The position numbers were made by a program, and so were the translations under genes. A stretch of DNA of 64,000 nucleotides, from assembly GCA_963798835.1 (NCBI GenBank), contig CAWCVF010000017.1, positions 11,854-75,853 of the forward strand. Reading direction: 5' to 3'. Every line of letters starts with the position of its first letter. Position 1 is the first letter of the stretch. Under the pieces are notes generated by a model, which searched no databases, had not been told where the DNA came from, and was given only the letters and a program-made list of their open reading frames with translations. This document shows, piece after piece, positions 18,108-26,841 of this stretch. The stretch is from an uncultured Actinomycetota bacterium. GTDB lineage: Bacteria; Actinomycetota; Actinomycetes; Propionibacteriales; Propionibacteriaceae.

Positions 18108-18989
18108 TCAGAAGCTACCACCGGTTCCTTGATCATCATCCCGATCATCGTCGGCGTCCTCGTCGAGGGCGAGCTGCTGCAGGACCGCATCATGCAGCCG
18201 ACCGTTCGTGGCGTAGCCGCCGGTGCCCAGCGGCCCGGGACGCCCCTCAAGATCAGTGAATTTCCCGCCCGCTTCAGTGACGATGATCGCGCACGCTGCC
18301 ATGTCGTGGAGCGCCAACTCGGGCTCGCAGGCAATATCAACTCCACCCTCGGCGAGCAGCATGTAGGACCAGAAGTCCCCATAGGCGCGGGTTCGCCAGC
18401 AGCGCCGCAGCAGGTCGACGAATTGCTGGCCTTGGCGCGCCTCCACCCAGGCTGAAATGGAGGCATAACTCAGCGAGGCGTCGTCAATGCTCGCGACGTT
18501 GGAAACGTGAATGGGCGTCGCCGACATCAACGACTTTCCGGCGTACGCCCCACCGCCCATGCTGGCCCACCAACGGCGACCAAGCGCTGGAGCGCTCACC
18601 ACCCCGACAGCCGGCTCGTCGTTGATCATCAAGGCAATCAGCGTGCCCCAGACCGGGACACCGCGGACGAAATTCTTTGTGCCGTCGATGGGGTCGATCA
18701 CCCAGCGACGCGGTCCCCATCCGGTGTCCGCCATCTCCTCACCGTGCACCGCATCGCGAGGTCGGGCCCGGCCGAGGGTGCGACGGATGGCCTGCTCAGC
18801 GGCGGTATCGGCGTCGGAAACCGGGGTGAGATCAGGTTTCGAGGTGACATGCAGATCGAGTGACTTGAAGCGGCTCATGGTGATCGAGTCGGCGTCATCG
18901 GCGAGCAGATGGGCCAGTCGGAGGTCGTCGGTCAAGCCTCGGTGGAGCGCAGCGTCAAGCCCTGTTCTCGCGGCGTCGGGGACGGGCAT
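18108..18989 (-). CDS. hisN: histidinol-phosphatase, inositol-monophosphatase family
   Basis: IMPase motifs HGEE...WVIDPIDGTKNF and WDMAA-like HDMAACAIIVTEAGG. It has an acidic C-terminal tail. Confidence 0.8.
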   Translation of the reverse strand: MPVPDAARTGLDAALHRGLTDDLRLAHLLADDADSITMSRFKSLDLHVTSKPDLTPVSDADTAAEQAIRRTLGRARPRDAVHGEEMADTGWGPRRWVIDPIDGTKNFVRGVPVWGTLIALMINDEPAVGVVSAPALGRRWWASMGGGAYAGKSLMSATPIHVSNVASIDDASLSYASISAWVEARQGQQFVDLLRRCWRTRAYGDFWSYMLLAEGGVDIACEPELALHDMAACAIIVTEAGGKFTDLEGRPGPLGTGGYATNGRLHDAVLQQLALDEDADDDRDDDQGTGGSF

Positions 18990-18998
18990 GTGCCTACG

Positions 18999-20000
18999 CT
19001 ACTGGCCGGAACCGAGCATCCGGCGAAAAGACTCAAGCCGGGCAGCCGAGAGCTGTCCATTCGCGACCGCAGTGTCCAGCGCACACTCCGGTGCGGTGTG
19101 GTCATGCCGGCAACCGCGCGGACAGTCTTCGGTGATGGCTCGCAAGTCGTCGAAGGCGGCGATGATCCGGTGACGGCTGATGTGGCTCAGGCCGAACGAT
19201 CGGACGCCGGGCGTATCGATTACCCAGCTCTGGGATAGCTCCGCGTCGTCCGAATCCGGCAGTCGAAGCGCAACAGCCGAGGAGGAAATATGCCGACCAC
19301 GGCCGGTGACCGCACTGACCTCACCGATCGCCCGATCGGTACCCGGGATCAAGGCATTGACCAGCGTGGATTTTCCAACACCCGAGTGCCCGACGAAGAC
19401 GCTGCGGTGCCCGCGGAGTCGCTCGCGCAGCGGATCCAGATCGGCGCCCGGGAAGGTCACCTGGACTGGAACGCCGAGCGGCTCATACAGCGCCGTCAGC
19501 TCGTCGGGTGCCGCGAGATCGGCCTTGGTGAGGCACAGCAGTGGCTCGATTCCGGCGTCGTAGCCAGCCACCAGCAGACGGTCGATCATTCCGACCCGAG
19601 GTGGGGGATCCGCCAGCGCGGTGACGATGACCAGCTGGTCAGCGTTGGCCACGATCGGTCGCTCGTAGGGGTCGTCGTCATCGGCCGTACGCCGCAACAC
19701 CGTGCTGCGCTCCTCGACCTCGACGATACGAGCCAATGTGCCCTCGGCGCCGGACGTGTCGCCGACGACACGAACCCGATCGCCGACGATGACGCCCGTG
19801 CGGCCGAGCTGGCGCGCCTTGGTAGCGGATACGTCCCGGCCAGCGATCAGCACCCGGTAGCGACCCCGGTCGACGGTGATGATCATGCCCGTCTCAGCGT
19901 CGGTATAGTCCGGCCGATCCTTGGTCCGCGGCCTGGTGCTGCGACGCCCGGGACGCTCGTACGCCTCGTAGTCGTCGCCGCGTACGCCGGCCTGGGTCAC
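18999..20000 (-). CDS. rsgA: ribosome small-subunit-dependent GTPase A
   Basis: Circularly permuted GTPase motifs (LTKADL, GHSGVGKSTLVNAL) and a C-terminal Zn-finger CxHxxxxxC (CPRGCRHDHTAPEC). Confidence 0.9.
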   Translation of the reverse strand: MTQAGVRGDDYEAYERPGRRSTRPRTKDRPDYTDAETGMIITVDRGRYRVLIAGRDVSATKARQLGRTGVIVGDRVRVVGDTSGAEGTLARIVEVEERSTVLRRTADDDDPYERPIVANADQLVIVTALADPPPRVGMIDRLLVAGYDAGIEPLLCLTKADLAAPDELTALYEPLGVPVQVTFPGADLDPLRERLRGHRSVFVGHSGVGKSTLVNALIPGTDRAIGEVSAVTGRGRHISSSAVALRLPDSDDAELSQSWVIDTPGVRSFGLSHISRHRIIAAFDDLRAITEDCPRGCRHDHTAPECALDTAVANGQLSAARLESFRRMLGSGQ

Positions 20001-21307
20001 CGCGAGATCGTCTCGCTCTCTGGCTGTGGTACAGAGTCGTTGATCATCGATGTCCAGAGCTGCTCGAACTCCGGCATGGTCTTGCTGGTGCAGCCGATGT
20101 CGTCCAGCACGATCTCAGGTACGACGAGTCCCAACAACGCGCCAGCCTGTGCCATTCGATGATCGGCATAGGTACGCCATAGGTCGCCGCCCAGGATTCG
20201 CGGATGAATCGTCAATCCGTCGTGGGTCTGGCTGACATGACTGCCGAGGCGATCCAGTTCGGTTTCCAGAGCAGCTAGTCGATCGGTCTCGTGGCCGCGG
20301 ATGTGGGCGATACCTCGTAGATGGCTGGTGTCGTCGGCGAGCGCAGCGATGGCCGCGACGACCGGTGTCAGCTCCGCCGCCCCGCTGAGATCAAGATCGA
20401 CACCGTGGATGTGATCGGTTCCCGTTACTCGAAGGATGTTGTCTTCGAGAACGACCTCGGCGCCGAACTGTTCAAGAATCTCGCGGATGGCATCGCCCGG
20501 CTGGATAGTCTCGCTCGGCCAGTTCGGCACTGTGACCGTACCGCCGGTGATGGCGGCCGCAGCCAGGAATGGTGCGGCATTGGAGAGATCGGGTTCGATC
20601 ACGGTGTCGGTGGGCTGGATGGTGCTTGGTAGCACGACCCAGCGGTGGGTCGTTGTGTCGTCCACCTCGATCCCGCGGGCACGCAGCATTGCGAGAGTCA
20701 TCTGGACGTGGGGGAGTGAAGGAATTTCACCGCCAACGTGTCGAATGTCGATGCCATCGGCGTATCGGGCGCCAGCGAGCAGCAGGCCGCTGAGGAACTG
20801 GCTGGAACCCGCAGCGTCTACAGTCACCGCGCCGCCGCGTAGCCGCGGATTTCCAGTGATCGTGAAGGGAAGCGAGTACCCGTTGCCGTCGACCCGAGCG
20901 CCGAGATGCTTCAGCGCACCGAGCAGCGGTGCCATCGGACGCGCGTATGCCTCTTGGTCGCCGTCGAACCGTACGCTGCCATGGGTCAGCGCAGCGATGG
21001 GCGGCACGAAGCGCATCACCGTACCGGCAAGGCCGCAGTCGATGGTGCCGCCGGCCGCAAAGGCGTCGGGTGGCGTGATTTGCCACCGGTTGTTGTGCTC
21101 AGAGATGTCCGCGCCGAGAGTACGCAACGCGTCCCGCATCAGCTGGGTGTCCCGCGCCTCTAGACCTCCGCTGATCACTGACGGCCCGGCCGCCAACGCA
21201 GCCAACACCAGGGCGCGATTGGTCTCGGACTTGGAACCCGGCAACGCCACAGTTGCCGTAATCGGTGCCGGCGCCTCCGGCGCCGCCCACTCTCGAAGTC
21301 CAGGCAT
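19997..21307 (-). CDS. aroA: 3-phosphoshikimate 1-carboxyvinyltransferase
   Basis: LPGSKSETNRALVLAALA and the downstream EPSP synthase pattern over the full length. Confidence 0.95.
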   Translation of the reverse strand: MPGLREWAAPEAPAPITATVALPGSKSETNRALVLAALAAGPSVISGGLEARDTQLMRDALRTLGADISEHNNRWQITPPDAFAAGGTIDCGLAGTVMRFVPPIAALTHGSVRFDGDQEAYARPMAPLLGALKHLGARVDGNGYSLPFTITGNPRLRGGAVTVDAAGSSQFLSGLLLAGARYADGIDIRHVGGEIPSLPHVQMTLAMLRARGIEVDDTTTHRWVVLPSTIQPTDTVIEPDLSNAAPFLAAAAITGGTVTVPNWPSETIQPGDAIREILEQFGAEVVLEDNILRVTGTDHIHGVDLDLSGAAELTPVVAAIAALADDTSHLRGIAHIRGHETDRLAALETELDRLGSHVSQTHDGLTIHPRILGGDLWRTYADHRMAQAGALLGLVVPEIVLDDIGCTSKTMPEFEQLWTSMINDSVPQPESETISR

Positions 21308-21335
21308 CCTCAGATCCTAGGCAGCCTTCGCCGCT

Positions 21336-21397
21336 CACGCCGACTTGTCAGAATCTCAGCACCAAATTTGGTGCTGAGATTCTGACAAGTCGGCGTG
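21336..21397. repeat. Perfect 62-nt palindrome (repeat family 2 related)
   Basis: CACGCCGACTTGTCAGAATCTCAGCACCAAA|TTTGGTGCTGAGATTCTGACAAGTCGGCGTG, 31+31 nt with no mismatch. It sits between the DoxX stop and the aroA start. Confidence 0.95.
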
Positions 21398-21404
21398 AAG
21401 GGAG

Positions 21405-22217
21405 TCAGTTCTCGCCCAGCTGGACGTTCTCGGCAAGCTCCTTGGCCTTCTTCTTGACGCTCTTCACCTGCTTCTTGGCTTCCTTCTTGAACTGCTTGCC
21501 TTCCTTCTTGGCTCTCTTGGCTGCCTTTGCGGCGGCCTCTTGAGCCTCCTCAGCGGTTTGAGCGGCTACTGACTTGGCTTCCCTGAGCTGGCGGGCCGCT
21601 TGCTTCTGGAGCTTGCGCGAAGAATCCGTCAGTGCCTCAACTAGCGCGGCCCCGGTCGCTACGGCAGCTTCCGCCAGCTCACCGGCACTGCCAGCAACAT
21701 CGCTGGTGCTATGGGTCAGCTTCTTCGAAGCCTTGCGCGTCTCCTTAGCAAGTTTCTGTCCGCCTCGCTGGGCGCGCCAGCTCAGGCTCGGCTTCCCTTC
21801 AGTGTCTTGAGCGGCAAGGAGTACGCCGCCCAGCAGGCTGACGTTCTTTAGGAAATGGCTCCGATCTTGAGCGCGTTCGTCAGGATCTTGCACCGTCCAG
21901 AACGGGTGCTTGGCGATCGTGCTCGGAATGAGCGATCCGGCCAACAACAGCGCACCGAGTCTGCGACCCCTTCCGGTGGCCAGCGCAGCGCCGCCAAGCA
22001 ACTGTGCAAGGCCATTGATCCGCACCAGGGTCACCGTGTTCTCCGGCACATAGCTCGCGACCTGCTCAGGCGCGTACTCCTTGACGAGCGGCACGACACG
22101 ATCAACGAGTGGCTCGGCTGCTGGAACTAGCGATTCGGGATCCCTCACAGCCTTGATTCCGGCCGCAACGAAGTAAGAAGCCAACATGGTCCGAGGGATG
22201 GCGCGCAGGAAGCTCAT
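21405..22217 (-). CDS. DoxX-family membrane protein fused to a long Lys/Ala/Glu-rich tail
   Basis: N-terminal ~130 aa with DoxX-like helices (ASYFVAAGIKAV...AQLLGGAALATG). C-terminal ~130 aa are low-complexity (AAKAAKRAKKEGKQFKKEAKKQVKSVKKKAKE). Confidence 0.7.
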   Translation of the reverse strand: MSFLRAIPRTMLASYFVAAGIKAVRDPESLVPAAEPLVDRVVPLVKEYAPEQVASYVPENTVTLVRINGLAQLLGGAALATGRGRRLGALLLAGSLIPSTIAKHPFWTVQDPDERAQDRSHFLKNVSLLGGVLLAAQDTEGKPSLSWRAQRGGQKLAKETRKASKKLTHSTSDVAGSAGELAEAAVATGAALVEALTDSSRKLQKQAARQLREAKSVAAQTAEEAQEAAAKAAKRAKKEGKQFKKEAKKQVKSVKKKAKELAENVQLGEN

Positions 22218-22376
22218 GGCTTATTCCTACCCTGACTGAGCCGCGTCACCTCAACAGGGTGGTCTCTTTGGTTCGAAAGTGTCGCGGACGACGGTGAGAA
22301 ATCGATTCATCTCGTCGCTTCTGACCACTTTCGACCGCCGCGAGATTCGTCAGTACCCGCAGATACGCTCGAAGTC

Positions 22377-23162
22377 ATGTGCGGACGCTATGCATCCTCT
22401 GCCAAGCCGCAGGACCTCATGGAGGAGTTCGAGGTCGACGACCTGTACGACGGTTTGCCAGGGCCGGACTACAACGTCGCCCCGACCGCCGATGTGCCAG
22501 CCATCTTCGAGCGTCGCAACAAAGACACCGGCGAGGTCCGGCGACGGCTAGCTCCCTTGGTATGGGGACTGGTGCCGTCGTGGGCCAAGGATCGCTCCAT
22601 CGGCTCGCGGATGATCAATGCTCGACTGGAGACAGTGGCTGAAAAGCCGGCATTCAAGCGTGCGTTCAGCGTCCGTCGCTGCATTCTGCCGGCGGATGGT
22701 TTCTATGAGTGGTACGCCGCGGAGCAGCCCGCTGGCGGAACGCTGGGGCGCGGCAAAGGCAAGCCCAAGAAGCAGCCGTTCTTCATCCATCGGGCCGATG
22801 GCGGACGACTCGTGATGGCCGGCATCTACGAGATTTGGCGCGATCCCGATTCCGATCCCAGCGACGACAATGCATGGCTGCGGACCTGCTCGGTGATCAC
22901 CACGCAAGCGACCGATGCGGCAGGACACATTCATGATCGAATGCCGATGGTGATCACGCGTGACGCCATCGGCGACTGGCTGGATCCGACGATCACTGAT
23001 CCACGGCGCGCGTTGGAGCTTCTTGCGGTGACCGAGGCCCAGGCCCTGGAGGCGTACGCGGTATCGACCGAGGTCAATAGCGTGGAGAACAACAATCCGA
23101 CACTTGTTGAACCGGTCACCGCCGAGCCTGAGCAGCACCATGATCAGGAAACCCTGATCTGA
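22377..23162 (+). CDS. SOS-response-associated peptidase (SRAP/YedK family)
   Basis: Invariant N-terminal MCGRY and the internal SRAP pattern (NARLETVAEKPAFKRAF, ADGFYEW). Confidence 0.9.
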   Translation: MCGRYASSAKPQDLMEEFEVDDLYDGLPGPDYNVAPTADVPAIFERRNKDTGEVRRRLAPLVWGLVPSWAKDRSIGSRMINARLETVAEKPAFKRAFSVRRCILPADGFYEWYAAEQPAGGTLGRGKGKPKKQPFFIHRADGGRLVMAGIYEIWRDPDSDPSDDNAWLRTCSVITTQATDAAGHIHDRMPMVITRDAIGDWLDPTITDPRRALELLAVTEAQALEAYAVSTEVNSVENNNPTLVEPVTAEPEQHHDQETLI

Positions 23163-23164
23163 TC

Positions 23165-23839
23165 ATGACATCGACCATAGGCCGGGTTGATACTCCGATT
23201 GGTCCCGGCAGGTTATTCGTTGATCTGGCTGAACGGCCGACCTCGACTCTAGTGCTAGGTCATGGGGCAGGCGGCGGGGTCGGCGCTGCTGATCTTGAGC
23301 TGCTTGCTCGACGCCTGCCGAGCCTAGGCTGCACCGTGGTGCGATTCGAGCAGCCCTGGCGTACGGCAGGACGGACGGTAGGTGCGCCTCCAGCGCGGCT
23401 GGATGAAGCCTGGACTGCCGCGCTCAGCTGGCTGGTCCAACAAGAATGGGTCGCGCATCCGCTTGTGGTCGGCGGACGAAGCGCCGGTGCTCGGGTGGCT
23501 TGTCGAACGGCCGCTGACACCAAGGCGGCAGCGATCGTGTGCCTGGCGTTTCCCCTGCACCTGCCGGGCCGCGCTGACAAGTCAAGGCTGGCCGAGCTGC
23601 TGGCGCCGACCGTGCCGAGACTGGTCCTGCAAGGCAGCAAGGACAGCTTCGGAGCCGCCGAGGAGCTTCGCGCGGCTGTTGGCGAGGCGCCGGGCATTTC
23701 TGTCGTCGAGCTACCCGGAGCTGACCATGGTTACCGCGTGGCAAAGTCGTCCGCCTTTTCCTTCGCCGACCTCCAGGAAGCGCTGATCGTCGAGGTGAGC
23801 CGATTCATCCGAGCTGTGGTGGGAATAACGACCTCATGA
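23165..23839 (+). CDS. alpha/beta hydrolase family protein
   Basis: [10 protein letters not shown], nucleophile-elbow-like GGRSAGA and a C-terminal ADHG. About 220 aa, single-domain hydrolase pattern. Confidence 0.6.
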   Translation: MTSTIGRVDTPIGPGRLFVDLAERPTSTLVLGHGAGGGVGAADLELLARRLPSLGCTVVRFEQPWRTAGRTVGAPPARLDEAWTAALSWLVQQEWVAHPLVVGGRSAGARVACRTAADTKAAAIVCLAFPLHLPGRADKSRLAELLAPTVPRLVLQGSKDSFGAAEELRAAVGEAPGISVVELPGADHGYRVAKSSAFSFADLQEALIVEVSRFIRAVVGITTS

Positions 23840-23846
23840 CCGTGTT
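23822..23846 (+). promoter_or_regulatory. SigH/SigR-type autoregulatory promoter candidate
   Basis: GGAAT (23822-23826), 17-nt spacer, GTT (23844-23846), in the context tGGGAATAacgacctcatgaccgtGTTGc. This matches the published GGAAT/GGAAC-N16-18-GTT consensus and lies just upstream of the sigma gene. Confidence 0.55.
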
Positions 23847-23855
23847 GCACCTGAC

Positions 23856-24575
23856 ATGCCCCTTCTGGTGGACGGCTTGGACAATCAGTCGATGCTGCAC
23901 ACCTCGCCGCTACTCTCGTACGTGATGAGCATGCCCAACGGCTCCCTAGGTGCCTCAGCGCCCACGTCGAGCAATGACAGCGCTGGCCACGTCGAGACCG
24001 CGGACGAGCGACACGAGCGGTTCGAGCAAGACGCCCTGCAGTACCTCGATCAGCTGTATGCCGGCGCCCTGCGGATGACCCGCAATCCCGCCGACGCCGA
24101 AGACATCGTGCAGGAAACCTACGCCAAGGCGTACGCGTCGTTCCACCAATTCACACCGGGCACGAATTTAAAGGCTTGGCTCTATCGAATTCTGACCAAT
24201 ACCTACATCAACTCCTATCGGAAGAAGCAGCGTGAGCCGCAGCTCTCCGACGGTGAGAATGTCGAGGATTGGCAGCTTGCCAGAGCTGAGTCCCACACCT
24301 CGAGTGGGCTGAAGTCCGCGGAGATGGTGGCACTGGAGAATCTCCCAGATACCGATGTCAAGGATGCTCTCCAGCAGCTCGCTCCCGACTTCCGCCTCGC
24401 GGTCTATCTGGCAGATGTCGAAGGCTTTTCGTACAAGGAGATTGCCGAGATCATGGGTACCCCGATCGGGACCGTCATGTCCCGGCTCAACCGCGGCAGA
24501 ACGCAGCTTCGCAATTTGTTGGCCGATTACGCCCGTGATCGCGGCGTTCGCCGAGCGGAGGCGAGTCGGACATGA
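23856..24575 (+). CDS. sigH: ECF sigma factor, SigH/SigR group
   Basis: Region 2 ([25 protein letters not shown]) and region 4 ([27 protein letters not shown]). Followed by a ZAS anti-sigma gene. Start uncertain; internal ATGs at about 23922-23928 are alternatives. Confidence 0.85.
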   Translation: MPLLVDGLDNQSMLHTSPLLSYVMSMPNGSLGASAPTSSNDSAGHVETADERHERFEQDALQYLDQLYAGALRMTRNPADAEDIVQETYAKAYASFHQFTPGTNLKAWLYRILTNTYINSYRKKQREPQLSDGENVEDWQLARAESHTSSGLKSAEMVALENLPDTDVKDALQQLAPDFRLAVYLADVEGFSYKEIAEIMGTPIGTVMSRLNRGRTQLRNLLADYARDRGVRRAEASRT

Positions 24576-24841
24576 ACGTCGAACGTTCTGACGACGCGTC
24601 ACTCGATGACTGCGAACACGTGCTCGAGCGCGTCTACGAATTTCTGGACAACGAGTTAGACGCTGCCACCGGTGATGCGATTAGGCATCATCTGGCGATG
24701 TGTGAGCCGTGCTTGGAAAGGTTCGATGTCGAGGAGGCGCTCAAGTCGCTGGTGCATCGGCGTTGCGGCGGAGACGTCGCTCCGCAGCACTTGCGATCGA
24801 AGATCGTTTATCAGATGACGGTCATTCGCAAGACTCTATGA
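24572..24841 (+). CDS. rshA: ZAS-type anti-sigma factor (RsrA/RshA, mycothiol-system anti-sigma-R)
   Basis: C-x26-H-x3-C-x2-C zinc/redox motif ([13 protein letters not shown]...[13 protein letters not shown]). Overlaps the sigH stop by 4 nt. Confidence 0.85.
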   Translation: MNVERSDDASLDDCEHVLERVYEFLDNELDAATGDAIRHHLAMCEPCLERFDVEEALKSLVHRRCGGDVAPQHLRSKIVYQMTVIRKTL

Positions 24842-24863
24842 AAAAGGCTCAGGAAAGAATTAG

Positions 24864-24892
24864 AACCCCACGGAATTTCCGTGGGGTTTCTT
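24864..24892. terminator. bidirectional intrinsic terminator hairpin between rshA and bL37
   Basis: AACCCCACGGAA-T-TTCCGTGGGGTT followed by TTCTT on the + strand, with an A-rich run on the other side. Confidence 0.6.
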
Positions 24893-24909
24893 ATCGGCCG
24901 GGCCGGTCC

Positions 24910-24984
24910 TCAGGCGTTGGGACGCTTGCCATGGTTCGCGCTCTTCTTCCGGCGGGCACGACGTTTGCGGGCACTCTTAGCCAC
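24910..24984 (-). CDS. ribosomal protein bL37 (24 aa, below ORF-track cutoff)
   Basis: GTG start 5 nt after GGAGG. The peptide VAKSARKRRARRKKSANHGKRPNA matches the actinobacterial bL37 pattern (MAK..RK.R.RK.K.ANHGKRPN) known from mycobacterial ribosome structures. Confidence 0.8.
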   Translation of the reverse strand: MAKSARKRRARRKKSANHGKRPNA

Positions 24985-25179
24985 GTGATCCTCCCTCTTA
25001 TTGTGATTGCTCGCGCAATCGCGCTGACAATCCGCTGTCTTCCTCAATCGCTCGCCGACGAAAAGCGTGTCGGCTCGCTCTCTCGTCCAGACAGCGGCGC
25101 GCGATTTTCCGACGCTCGCAATCGGCGTTCCAGTCTGCCACACACCGACTTATGTTGGCGGGCCCCGTAGATTTGCGAC

Positions 25180-26637
25180 ATGCCGTCGATGTCGGAGATC
25201 ATCTCCGAGCACACCGACCTCTCCGAGCCTGACCACCTCTGGCTCAAGCTGCTGGTTTCGGAGTGGCAGTTGCTCGCCGATCTCAGCTTCTCCGATCTAG
25301 TCCTCTGGGTACGCGATCACGACCCGAATGTTTTCTGGGCAGCAGCCCAGATTCGCCCGTTCACCGGCGTGACCACGCTGTTCGACGACGTGGTGGGCGA
25401 TCTCATTGCGTACTCTCCAGAGCATCTGGTCACCGAGGCATTTCTGCGCGGCGAAATTGTGCAAACCAACGAGGCCAAACTGCAGGACGGCCTATCGGTG
25501 GCAACACATGCCGTCCCGGTCGCCGTCGGCGAGCATGTCATCGCGGTAGTCGAGCAGCACACCAGCCGACTCGGCGTACGAGCACCGAGCTCATTGGAAA
25601 AGGCGTATCTGGAATCAGGTGCCGAACTAGCCAGGATGATCACGGTCGGTGCTTTTCCGATACCCAGCGATGCGACGCACCTGGCGTTCAGCCCACGGGT
25701 TGGTGACGGGTTCATCCGCCTCGATCCAGCGGGATATGTGACGTACGCGAGCCCGAATGCGCTGAGCGCCTATCGTCGGCTCGGCTTACGCGGTGATCTC
25801 ATCGGTGAACATCTGGCCACCATGACGGCCGAGCTGCTCCCTGCCGGGCCGGATCCGGTGGACGAGTCGGTGCAGTCTGTGCTGTCCGGTCGTACGGCGC
25901 GGCGTACCGAGCTGGTATCCGGGGAGGCGCACCTGATGGTCCGGGTGCTGCCGTTGACCGACGGCCCTGAGCGGGTCGGTACCGTGGTGCTTTGCCGCGA
26001 TGTGAGTGACTTGCGAAGCAAGGAGCGTGAGCTGGTCACCAAGGATGCGACCATTCGCGAGATCCACCATCGAGTCAAGAACAATCTGCAAACGGTCGCG
26101 GCACTGCTTCGAATGCAGGCGCGGAGAATCGAATCTGCAGAAGCAAAGGTTGCGCTGACTGACGCGATGTCTCGGGTCGCATCGATCGCAATCGTCCACG
26201 AGACGCTCTCTCAGGCTTTCGACGAGATCGTCGAATTCGACCGCGTTGCCGACGAGTTGCTACGGATGGTCGGCGACGTCGCCGCCTCGTGGGGTGATGT
26301 GTCGGCGATCCGGGAAGGCAGCTTCGGCTTGCTGTCGGCGGACATGGCTACCAGCCTGGCGATGATCATCAGTGAGCTCTGTCAGAACGCTGTCGAGCAT
26401 GGTCTTGCCCATCAGTCCGGCGAAGTACGCGTCGTGCCCAATCGATACAACGGCCAGCTCCGGGTGGAGATCAGCGATGACGGCCAGGGGCTACCGGCAG
26501 GCTTCGATTGGCGCGGATCCCGCAGCCTGGGGCTTTCCATCGTCAACACGCTGGTGGCCGAGATGGAGGGCTCCTTCCGGATCGGACCGCGAGAAGCCGG
26601 GCCCGGCACTCAAGTGATCGTAGAAATTCCTCTATAG
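25180..26637 (+). CDS. pdtaS: PdtaS-like cytoplasmic sensor histidine kinase (GAF/PAS, HisKA_2, HATPase)
   Basis: N-terminus ...EHTDLSEPDHLWLKLLVSEWQLLADLSFSDLVLWV, H-box EIHHRVKNNLQTVAALLRMQ and a C-terminal ATPase domain. No TM helices. Neighbourhood (sigH, whiB1) is as in mycobacteria. Confidence 0.8.
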   Translation: MPSMSEIISEHTDLSEPDHLWLKLLVSEWQLLADLSFSDLVLWVRDHDPNVFWAAAQIRPFTGVTTLFDDVVGDLIAYSPEHLVTEAFLRGEIVQTNEAKLQDGLSVATHAVPVAVGEHVIAVVEQHTSRLGVRAPSSLEKAYLESGAELARMITVGAFPIPSDATHLAFSPRVGDGFIRLDPAGYVTYASPNALSAYRRLGLRGDLIGEHLATMTAELLPAGPDPVDESVQSVLSGRTARRTELVSGEAHLMVRVLPLTDGPERVGTVVLCRDVSDLRSKERELVTKDATIREIHHRVKNNLQTVAALLRMQARRIESAEAKVALTDAMSRVASIAIVHETLSQAFDEIVEFDRVADELLRMVGDVAASWGDVSAIREGSFGLLSADMATSLAMIISELCQNAVEHGLAHQSGEVRVVPNRYNGQLRVEISDDGQGLPAGFDWRGSRSLGLSIVNTLVAEMEGSFRIGPREAGPGTQVIVEIPL

Positions 26638-26841
26638 CGCTCGCCTTCAACAGATTTACGGCACAATCATCGACGCGCCACGCCGCGCAGATCCTTGACT
26701 CGTCACAAGGGGATCACTAGGCAAGTTCGGGGACGTTGCGCTTGTCCCATTCAGAAACGCTCGGGGGAATGGTGCGCTCATCTCGTTACGCAGTCTCGGG
26801 ACGTGCGTCGGCCCCCTTCGGCTAGCCCAAAAGGAGGGCCC

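Noticed and set aside
22218-22376. LexA SOS box or PafBC/RecA-NDp motif upstream of the SRAP gene.
   Set aside because: TTCGAAAGTGTCGCGG gives only one acceptable half-site for TCGAAC-N4-GTTCGA. TGTCGCGG-N8 is not followed by a TAnnnT -10 element.
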